From the NCBI RefSeq assembly GCF_964204645.1, contig NW_027437431.1, positions 124,001 through 188,000 of the forward strand: a DNA stretch of 64,000 nucleotides. The letters run 5' to 3'. This stretch comes from Tubulanus polymorphus (Eukaryota; Animalia; Nemertea). A program made the position numbers and the translations under genes. The notes beneath the pieces are model-generated. The model saw only the letters and a program-made list of their open reading frames with translations. It made no database searches and was not told the DNA's origin. Within the stretch, counting starts at the first letter, position 1; every line of letters starts with the position of its first letter. Of the stretch, positions 1 to 7,927 are shown piece by piece.

Positions 1-2
1 AT

Positions 3-893
3 CAGACATTTTTGGACAGTGCTTCGGGTGTGAACGGTGTAGGTGCGAGACTAACGTCGAGTGTATTCAGAGCAAAACGGGCGTTATTTCCAACAATGGC
101 GGAAGAACCGGCATTAAAAAGATCAAAGAGAACGGCGGAAACGGGGAGCGAAGAAGGGAACGCCCAACAAATGATGACTCACATGACGGAAAAGCCGTCA
201 CTACACTATAAGAGCGTGTTAATACATAGAGGTTACCTAACGTTTACGAATTGGGATCCGGACCAGGCGTACGGAGCATTCGGAAGAAAAGCGAAGATTT
301 ACTGTTCGGGAATGAGAACGTTTAACTTCGGATTAAAAGAAAGAGAAGGATGGAGAAGATTTCCAGCCAGCATGGATACCATAGGGATGTGGGATCAATT
401 CAAAGTGACTTCGGGTAAAATAACGTTATACCCCATAGCGAGCGAAAGCGCGGTAAGCTCTGATTCGAACGCGTTCCAAGATCCGATAGTATGGTTAAAG
501 ACGGCAGCCGATTGGGACTTGAAAGTGAAAGACTCGGCCGCCAATACTCACCAGGGATCGCCGTACGCCGATATAAATTTATTAACTCAAAAGCAAAGCT
601 ACAGGCAATACGAATTAGGTCGGGGATGCGTTAGCATGGGATTACCCATGTCGACCATAAGAACCGAAATACAAGACACGAGTGACCCGACAGACGTTAC
701 CAGATCGGTGAATATCGGGGATAACTCGGCGTGGTTAGACGGAGCGTACCGCGATCATTGGCAATCAGCCGCGCTCATTATGCAAATGTTAGTGTACAAC
801 GATTCGATACACGCGGATTTAAACACGCCCCATACAGAAATTATCGTTCCAGCGGAAGTGGAGTTTACGATGATTCATAGAAACAGAGTATAA
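3..893 (+). CDS. Capsid protein, copy 1 (5'-truncated by window edge)
   Basis: Identical to the C-terminal part of the 360-aa ORF in later copies. Confidence 0.85.
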   Translation, partial: QTFLDSASGVNGVGARLTSSVFRAKRALFPTMAEEPALKRSKRTAETGSEEGNAQQMMTHMTEKPSLHYKSVLIHRGYLTFTNWDPDQAYGAFGRKAKIYCSGMRTFNFGLKEREGWRRFPASMDTIGMWDQFKVTSGKITLYPIASESAVSSDSNAFQDPIVWLKTAADWDLKVKDSAANTHQGSPYADINLLTQKQSYRQYELGRGCVSMGLPMSTIRTEIQDTSDPTDVTRSVNIGDNSAWLDGAYRDHWQSAALIMQMLVYNDSIHADLNTPHTEIIVPAEVEFTMIHRNRV

Positions 894-894
894 T

Positions 895-1203
895 ATGATA
901 ATAACTTTCCTATTCTTGGCATCCGGTTTCCTACACGAGTACAAGTGGCACGTATATACTAAACGTATCATGAGTAGAACGCAACGATTCATGAAAATAA
1001 GAGACGAAGTGGCGAACGAGTGGGTCATCAAACACGACGTCAACGAAAATCGGGTACTAAGGGAACAACACATTACAGAAGTAGCGAAAAGGATATTCTA
1101 CTACCGGGAAAAACAATGGGAACTAAGTCGAGAAACTGGTCGTTCACAACCGACAATCGAGCAGAAGTCTGCCTCGAAAGTCAAATCGGAACGTCAACAG
1201 TAA
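895..1203 (+). CDS. Small accessory ORF (102 aa, or 77 aa from ATG 970) overlapping the Rep 5' end; repeated every 3406 bp (4301, 7707 ... 48579)
   Basis: ATG lies 1 nt after the capsid stop and the ORF fills the cap-rep gap. Charged, helical-looking sequence with no recognisable motif. Intact in all 15 copies, but the copies are near-identical so this is weak evidence. Confidence 0.45.
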   Translation: MIITFLFLASGFLHEYKWHVYTKRIMSRTQRFMKIRDEVANEWVIKHDVNENRVLREQHITEVAKRIFYYREKQWELSRETGRSQPTIEQKSASKVKSERQQ

Positions 1204-2519
1204 CCGTACACATAGGTCCGCAAGAAGATCCGGACGGTTACGCGCACGGAGTAATAATAACGTTAGCCAAAGGTACGCAACGACCGTTGAAACAGAGCGA
1301 AAACGCGATTAGACAACTGTTACACTCGCTAGGCATTAGATTAGTTAACGACTACATCAAACCGACGGAAAAATTAGGCGCCTACATTCAATACATGTAC
1401 AAAGAAGCCGACAAAATACCGGAAGAATTACGAGGTCACTTGGAGGTGAAAAACTCGAAAACGAACGACGACTTTTTCGGCCAAAAGATAAACGCGTTAT
1501 ACGCGGAATACCAACAAAGACCGGGACTAGCCGATTGGACGGCGAGAATAGTGAAGGAGTTCGGTTACAACGTACCCGAACTGAAAGTGAAAAGATCGTT
1601 TAAAAATTGGCCGGTAAGGGTAAAAGATATTACGAGAAACGCGGGTGACTTTGCGTTGAAAATGACGGACATAACAGAGCCGAAATTGACGCCGGAAATG
1701 GGAGTAGAAATTATAACGAAATGCCTGGATAACGTTCAATCGGCGATGTGGGATGGTAAACATATAAATAAACGTGACCTGCTGGTAATATTGGTGAACG
1801 CGGCGATCGAGGGAGGTACGAGTAAAATCAGAAACGCGCCTCATATAATATTTTACGGAGATGCCGGGTCTGGTAAATCGATGTTGGCTAAATTATTGTT
1901 CCCGGATTCGATTACGAGCCAAATGCCGACGGATTCGGAAGGCGTAGGAGCGTGCGAGATGGGAGGAGGACAACGTATATTCAAAGTCGACGACGCCAGC
2001 GACGCTTTTTGGCACAACTCGGGGTTGTTGTCGATGATACTCGCGATGTACCAGTCCACCTGGGAGGCAAAAGTACATTCTAGTAAACAAAGTAACCCGC
2101 CGTGTATGACGGTAATTACGACGAATTGTAAGAATCCGTTAGAGAAGTTCGCCTCTACAGTAGCTTTGGAAGCTGTGGAAAGGAGATTCTTGTCGGTGTA
2201 TTTCAAAGGTAAAGCAGATTTGGGAAACGTAGTTTACGACATTACGCCGGGCGTATGCGAAGAAATATTAGAAATAATAGTTAACGAAATTAGACAAGGT
2301 AGATATCTGGACAACCAAGTCCACTTGGACGACTGGGAAACGGATGATGACGTGGTGATACCGTTCGAAAAAGAAAGAAACTTCATCGAAGCGTACCACG
2401 TAGGTCACATGTCGGACGCGATGCATCAGAATATGGAGGAAAGGTTAAAACGTAAACGTAAAGAAGAAGACGATACGAATGAAACTCTTAAGTTCGCTAA
2501 ACGCGGGGAAATCCTGTAG
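1116..2519 (+). CDS. rep: Replication initiator protein (HUH endonuclease + SF3 helicase), copy 1
   Basis: First ATG (1116, ACAATGG Kozak context) gives 467 aa. RCR motif I SRNWSFT, motif II-like GYAHG, motif III YIQYMYK, Walker A GDAGSGKS, Walker B FKVDD, motif C VITTN, Arg finger ERRF, C-terminal KRKRK NLS. The ORF track starts at GTG 1020. Confidence 0.9.
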   Translation: MGTKSRNWSFTTDNRAEVCLESQIGTSTVTVHIGPQEDPDGYAHGVIITLAKGTQRPLKQSENAIRQLLHSLGIRLVNDYIKPTEKLGAYIQYMYKEADKIPEELRGHLEVKNSKTNDDFFGQKINALYAEYQQRPGLADWTARIVKEFGYNVPELKVKRSFKNWPVRVKDITRNAGDFALKMTDITEPKLTPEMGVEIITKCLDNVQSAMWDGKHINKRDLLVILVNAAIEGGTSKIRNAPHIIFYGDAGSGKSMLAKLLFPDSITSQMPTDSEGVGACEMGGGQRIFKVDDASDAFWHNSGLLSMILAMYQSTWEAKVHSSKQSNPPCMTVITTNCKNPLEKFASTVALEAVERRFLSVYFKGKADLGNVVYDITPGVCEEILEIIVNEIRQGRYLDNQVHLDDWETDDDVVIPFEKERNFIEAYHVGHMSDAMHQNMEERLKRKRKEEDDTNETLKFAKRGEIL

Positions 2520-2530
2520 TTGGCAATGTA

Positions 2531-2536
2531 AATAAA
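2531..2536 (+). terminator. Polyadenylation signal AATAAA after rep (repeated in each unit)
   Basis: AATAAA begins 12 nt downstream of the rep stop codon. Confidence 0.6.
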
Positions 2537-2576
2537 TCTATAAATAGAATTCTATAAATTTCTCAATTCGTTACTA

Positions 2577-2690
2577 CCAGTGGACCCGCAGACCCGCGGA
2601 CCCACTGGCTGTTCGTTTTTCATGGTCTACCCCCCCTTATATATATAATAAGGAAAGAGAAGGAGGGTCCGCGGGTCCGCGGGTCTGCGG
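2577..2690. promoter_or_regulatory. Candidate replication origin/promoter: inverted GC-rich iterons flanking a TATA-rich stem-loop (each unit)
   Basis: Perfect 18-bp inverted repeat CCGCAGACCCGCGGACCC (2586-2603) / GGGTCCGCGGGTCTGCGG (2673-2690), built of 8-bp GACCCGCR units. Central CCTTAT-ATATATA-ATAAGG stem-loop (2635-2653). Additional CCAGTGG/CCACTGG stem (2577-2608). Confidence 0.6.
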
Positions 2691-2774
2691 TATTCTCTAA
2701 ACCGAGAATCGAAAAGTTAATGAAACTAGGTCGGAAAGATAACAAATTATTATTCAATATATCCTAAAGCTTCT

Positions 2775-2824
2775 ACGAGGTTGGTCACGCGCTCGCTACG
2801 CTCGCCAGCGTGACACAACCTCGT
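2775..2824. promoter_or_regulatory. 16-bp-stem hairpin with GCTC-repeat loop (each unit)
   Basis: ACGAGGTTG-GTCACGC pairs with GCGTGAC-A-CAACCTCGT (one bulge). Loop is GCTCGCTACGCTCGCCA. Confidence 0.6.
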
Positions 2825-3216
2825 GGACGCTCCAAAGATAATGAGTATGTGCTTGATAATGAGTGAATTAATTGGGAACCCTATAGCGGGTAAAAGGTAA
2901 GAAGTAGAAATTATAGGGTTAGGGGTTATCATTATACTCGGATGCCCACAGCCCGTGGTGGTCTGTGACAGTGGAGGTTAGTTAAAGTTCGAGGCGTGTG
3001 ACTAGTCGGGGGGAATAACATAGGCGGCTACGCCGCGATAGTTAGTCGGCAAGGTCGGCTGCGCCTCCGGCGGTACAGATTACATCTGAGTGTATTAGTC
3101 TACCAACGGAAGCCCAAACCCTAAATAATATTAGTCGGAAAAATCTGAGTTAGAGGGTCGCAACCGGTTCAAACAATTTAACATCTCATACAGGTGACTC
3201 GTACTTTTAGTATCAA

Positions 3217-4299
3217 ATGCCATCGTTGAAACGGAGGCGAAACGGATTTACATTGCCCGGTTTACCACATTGCGGTCCATTCAACGATATATCCAGTTAC
3301 AAAAGCGAAGGAATAGACGAAGTGTGCCGTATTCACGACAAAGAGTACGGAGAACTGCAAGAGAAATACGGTAAATGGGCTCCGTACTTCCAGTACAATT
3401 CAGCGGATCAGACATTTTTGGACAGTGCTTCGGGTGTGAACGGTGTAGGTGCGAGACTAACGTCGAGTGTATTCAGAGCAAAACGGGCGTTATTTCCAAC
3501 AATGGCGGAAGAACCGGCATTAAAAAGATCAAAGAGAACGGCGGAAACGGGGAGCGAAGAAGGGAACGCCCAACAAATGATGACTCACATGACGGAAAAG
3601 CCGTCACTACACTATAAGAGCGTGTTAATACATAGAGGTTACCTAACGTTTACGAATTGGGATCCGGACCAGGCGTACGGAGCATTCGGAAGAAAAGCGA
3701 AGATTTACTGTTCGGGAATGAGAACGTTTAACTTCGGATTAAAAGAAAGAGAAGGATGGAGAAGATTTCCAGCCAGCATGGATACCATAGGGATGTGGGA
3801 TCAATTCAAAGTGACTTCGGGTAAAATAACGTTATACCCCATAGCGAGCGAAAGCGCGGTAAGCTCTGATTCGAACGCGTTCCAAGATCCGATAGTATGG
3901 TTAAAGACGGCAGCCGATTGGGACTTGAAAGTGAAAGACTCGGCCGCCAATACTCACCAGGGATCGCCGTACGCCGATATAAATTTATTAACTCAAAAGC
4001 AAAGCTACAGGCAATACGAATTAGGTCGGGGATGCGTTAGCATGGGATTACCCATGTCGACCATAAGAACCGAAATACAAGACACGAGTGACCCGACAGA
4101 CGTTACCAGATCGGTGAATATCGGGGATAACTCGGCGTGGTTAGACGGAGCGTACCGCGATCATTGGCAATCAGCCGCGCTCATTATGCAAATGTTAGTG
4201 TACAACGATTCGATACACGCGGATTTAAACACGCCCCATACAGAAATTATCGTTCCAGCGGAAGTGGAGTTTACGATGATTCATAGAAACAGAGTATAA
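3217..4299 (+). CDS. Capsid protein with N-terminal parvovirus-type phospholipase A2 (VP1u-like), copy 2
   Basis: LPGLPHCGPFN (Ca-binding loop), DEVCRIHDKEY (catalytic HD), PYFQYNSADQTF and VFRAKR follow the parvoviral VP1u PLA2 pattern. Internal strong-Kozak ATG at 3502 (MAEEPALKRSKR) gives a 265-aa product with WDQFKVTSGKITLYP, resembling the conserved strand of CRESS/circovirus-like jelly-roll capsids. Confidence 0.88.
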   Translation: MPSLKRRRNGFTLPGLPHCGPFNDISSYKSEGIDEVCRIHDKEYGELQEKYGKWAPYFQYNSADQTFLDSASGVNGVGARLTSSVFRAKRALFPTMAEEPALKRSKRTAETGSEEGNAQQMMTHMTEKPSLHYKSVLIHRGYLTFTNWDPDQAYGAFGRKAKIYCSGMRTFNFGLKEREGWRRFPASMDTIGMWDQFKVTSGKITLYPIASESAVSSDSNAFQDPIVWLKTAADWDLKVKDSAANTHQGSPYADINLLTQKQSYRQYELGRGCVSMGLPMSTIRTEIQDTSDPTDVTRSVNIGDNSAWLDGAYRDHWQSAALIMQMLVYNDSIHADLNTPHTEIIVPAEVEFTMIHRNRV

Positions 4300-4521
4300 T
4301 ATGATAATAACTTTCCTATTCTTGGCATCCGGTTTCCTACACGAGTACAAGTGGCACGTATATACTAAACGTATCATGAGTAGAACGCAACGATTCATGA
4401 AAATAAGAGACGAAGTGGCGAACGAGTGGGTCATCAAACACGACGTCAACGAAAATCGGGTACTAAGGGAACAACACATTACAGAAGTAGCGAAAAGGAT
4501 ATTCTACTACCGGGAAAAACA

Positions 4522-5925
4522 ATGGGAACTAAGTCGAGAAACTGGTCGTTCACAACCGACAATCGAGCAGAAGTCTGCCTCGAAAGTCAAATCGGAACGT
4601 CAACAGTAACCGTACACATAGGTCCGCAAGAAGATCCGGACGGTTACGCGCACGGAGTAATAATAACGTTAGCCAAAGGTACGCAACGACCGTTGAAACA
4701 GAGCGAAAACGCGATTAGACAACTGTTACACTCGCTAGGCATTAGATTAGTTAACGACTACATCAAACCGACGGAAAAATTAGGCGCCTACATTCAATAC
4801 ATGTACAAAGAAGCCGACAAAATACCGGAAGAATTACGAGGTCACTTGGAGGTGAAAAACTCGAAAACGAACGACGACTTTTTCGGCCAAAAGATAAACG
4901 CGTTATACGCGGAATACCAACAAAGACCGGGACTAGCCGATTGGACGGCGAGAATAGTGAAGGAGTTCGGTTACAACGTACCCGAACTGAAAGTGAAAAG
5001 ATCGTTTAAAAATTGGCCGGTAAGGGTAAAAGATATTACGAGAAACGCGGGTGACTTTGCGTTGAAAATGACGGACATAACAGAGCCGAAATTGACGCCG
5101 GAAATGGGAGTAGAAATTATAACGAAATGCCTGGATAACGTTCAATCGGCGATGTGGGATGGTAAACATATAAATAAACGTGACCTGCTGGTAATATTGG
5201 TGAACGCGGCGATCGAGGGAGGTACGAGTAAAATCAGAAACGCGCCTCATATAATATTTTACGGAGATGCCGGGTCTGGTAAATCGATGTTGGCTAAATT
5301 ATTGTTCCCGGATTCGATTACGAGCCAAATGCCGACGGATTCGGAAGGCGTAGGAGCGTGCGAGATGGGAGGAGGACAACGTATATTCAAAGTCGACGAC
5401 GCCAGCGACGCTTTTTGGCACAACTCGGGGTTGTTGTCGATGATACTCGCGATGTACCAGTCCACCTGGGAGGCAAAAGTACATTCTAGTAAACAAAGTA
5501 ACCCGCCGTGTATGACGGTAATTACGACGAATTGTAAGAATCCGTTAGAGAAGTTCGCCTCTACAGTAGCTTTGGAAGCTGTGGAAAGGAGATTCTTGTC
5601 GGTGTATTTCAAAGGTAAAGCAGATTTGGGAAACGTAGTTTACGACATTACGCCGGGCGTATGCGAAGAAATATTAGAAATAATAGTTAACGAAATTAGA
5701 CAAGGTAGATATCTGGACAACCAAGTCCACTTGGACGACTGGGAAACGGATGATGACGTGGTGATACCGTTCGAAAAAGAAAGAAACTTCATCGAAGCGT
5801 ACCACGTAGGTCACATGTCGGACGCGATGCATCAGAATATGGAGGAAAGGTTAAAACGTAAACGTAAAGAAGAAGACGATACGAATGAAACTCTTAAGTT
5901 CGCTAAACGCGGGGAAATCCTGTAG
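4522..5925 (+). CDS. rep: Rep, copy 2
   Basis: Protein identical to copy 1. Confidence 0.9.
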   Translation: MGTKSRNWSFTTDNRAEVCLESQIGTSTVTVHIGPQEDPDGYAHGVIITLAKGTQRPLKQSENAIRQLLHSLGIRLVNDYIKPTEKLGAYIQYMYKEADKIPEELRGHLEVKNSKTNDDFFGQKINALYAEYQQRPGLADWTARIVKEFGYNVPELKVKRSFKNWPVRVKDITRNAGDFALKMTDITEPKLTPEMGVEIITKCLDNVQSAMWDGKHINKRDLLVILVNAAIEGGTSKIRNAPHIIFYGDAGSGKSMLAKLLFPDSITSQMPTDSEGVGACEMGGGQRIFKVDDASDAFWHNSGLLSMILAMYQSTWEAKVHSSKQSNPPCMTVITTNCKNPLEKFASTVALEAVERRFLSVYFKGKADLGNVVYDITPGVCEEILEIIVNEIRQGRYLDNQVHLDDWETDDDVVIPFEKERNFIEAYHVGHMSDAMHQNMEERLKRKRKEEDDTNETLKFAKRGEIL

Positions 5926-6622
5926 TTGGCAATGTAAATAAATCTATAAATAGAATTCTATAAATTTCTCAATTCGTTACTACCAGTGGACCCGCAGACC
6001 CGCGGACCCACTGGCTGTTCGTTTTTCATGGTCTACCCCCCCTTATATATATAATAAGGAAAGAGAAGGAGGGTCCGCGGGTCCGCGGGTCTGCGGTATT
6101 CTCTAAACCGAGAATCGAAAAGTTAATGAAACTAGGTCGGAAAGATAACAAATTATTATTCAATATATCCTAAAGCTTCTACGAGGTTGGTCACGCGCTC
6201 GCTACGCTCGCCAGCGTGACACAACCTCGTGGACGCTCCAAAGATAATGAGTATGTGCTTGATAATGAGTGAATTAATTGGGAACCCTATAGCGGGTAAA
6301 AGGTAAGAAGTAGAAATTATAGGGTTAGGGGTTATCATTATACTCGGATGCCCACAGCCCGTGGTGGTCTGTGACAGTGGAGGTTAGTTAAAGTTCGAGG
6401 CGTGTGACTAGTCGGGGGGAATAACATAGGCGGCTACGCCGCGATAGTTAGTCGGCAAGGTCGGCTGCGCCTCCGGCGGTACAGATTACATCTGAGTGTA
6501 TTAGTCTACCAACGGAAGCCCAAACCCTAAATAATATTAGTCGGAAAAATCTGAGTTAGAGGGTCGCAACCGGTTCAAACAATTTAACATCTCATACAGG
6601 TGACTCGTACTTTTAGTATCAA

Positions 6623-7705
6623 ATGCCATCGTTGAAACGGAGGCGAAACGGATTTACATTGCCCGGTTTACCACATTGCGGTCCATTCAACGATATATCC
6701 AGTTACAAAAGCGAAGGAATAGACGAAGTGTGCCGTATTCACGACAAAGAGTACGGAGAACTGCAAGAGAAATACGGTAAATGGGCTCCGTACTTCCAGT
6801 ACAATTCAGCGGATCAGACATTTTTGGACAGTGCTTCGGGTGTGAACGGTGTAGGTGCGAGACTAACGTCGAGTGTATTCAGAGCAAAACGGGCGTTATT
6901 TCCAACAATGGCGGAAGAACCGGCATTAAAAAGATCAAAGAGAACGGCGGAAACGGGGAGCGAAGAAGGGAACGCCCAACAAATGATGACTCACATGACG
7001 GAAAAGCCGTCACTACACTATAAGAGCGTGTTAATACATAGAGGTTACCTAACGTTTACGAATTGGGATCCGGACCAGGCGTACGGAGCATTCGGAAGAA
7101 AAGCGAAGATTTACTGTTCGGGAATGAGAACGTTTAACTTCGGATTAAAAGAAAGAGAAGGATGGAGAAGATTTCCAGCCAGCATGGATACCATAGGGAT
7201 GTGGGATCAATTCAAAGTGACTTCGGGTAAAATAACGTTATACCCCATAGCGAGCGAAAGCGCGGTAAGCTCTGATTCGAACGCGTTCCAAGATCCGATA
7301 GTATGGTTAAAGACGGCAGCCGATTGGGACCTGAAAGTGAAAGACTCGGCCGCCAATACTCACCAGGGATCGCCGTACGCCGATATAAATTTATTAACTC
7401 AAAAGCAAAGCTACAGGCAATACGAATTAGGTCGGGGATGCGTTAGCATGGGATTACCCATGTCGACCATAAGAACCGAAATACAAGACACGAGTGACCC
7501 GACAGACGTTACCAGATCGGTGAATATCGGGGATAACTCGGCGTGGTTAGACGGAGCGTACCGCGATCATTGGCAATCAGCCGCGCTCATTATGCAAATG
7601 TTAGTGTACAACGATTCGATACACGCGGATTTAAACACGCCCCATACAGAAATTATCGTTCCAGCGGAAGTGGAGTTTACGATGATTCATAGAAACAGAG
7701 TATAA
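6623..7705 (+). CDS. PLA2-capsid protein, copy 3
   Basis: Identical protein; synonymous T>C at 7331. Confidence 0.88.
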   Translation: MPSLKRRRNGFTLPGLPHCGPFNDISSYKSEGIDEVCRIHDKEYGELQEKYGKWAPYFQYNSADQTFLDSASGVNGVGARLTSSVFRAKRALFPTMAEEPALKRSKRTAETGSEEGNAQQMMTHMTEKPSLHYKSVLIHRGYLTFTNWDPDQAYGAFGRKAKIYCSGMRTFNFGLKEREGWRRFPASMDTIGMWDQFKVTSGKITLYPIASESAVSSDSNAFQDPIVWLKTAADWDLKVKDSAANTHQGSPYADINLLTQKQSYRQYELGRGCVSMGLPMSTIRTEIQDTSDPTDVTRSVNIGDNSAWLDGAYRDHWQSAALIMQMLVYNDSIHADLNTPHTEIIVPAEVEFTMIHRNRV

Positions 7706-7927
7706 TATGATAATAACTTTCCTATTCTTGGCATCCGGTTTCCTACACGAGTACAAGTGGCACGTATATACTAAACGTATCATGAGTAGAACGCAACGAT
7801 TCATGAAAATAAGAGACGAAGTGGCGAACGAGTGGGTCATCAAACACGACGTCAACGAAAATCGGGTACTAAGGGAACAACACATTACAGAAGTAGCGAA
7901 AAGGATATTCTACTACCGGGAAAAACA

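Noticed and set aside
1020-1115. GTG-initiated N-terminal extension of Rep (499 aa in the track)
   Set aside because: Eukaryotic context. ATG 1116 has a strong Kozak sequence and places motif I at its usual N-terminal position.
819-2932. Minus-strand ORFs of 60-117 aa in each unit, and the 80-aa alternative-frame ORF at 3375
   Set aside because: Mostly shadow ORFs of cap/rep with no motifs. Their recurrence only reflects array identity.
2916-3125. Telomere-like GGTTAGGGGTTA and AACCCTAA, suggesting telomere integration
   Set aside because: Single hexamers only, with no tandem TTAGGG tract. The first is partly explained by the AACCCTATA/TATAGGGTT stem (2877-2920).
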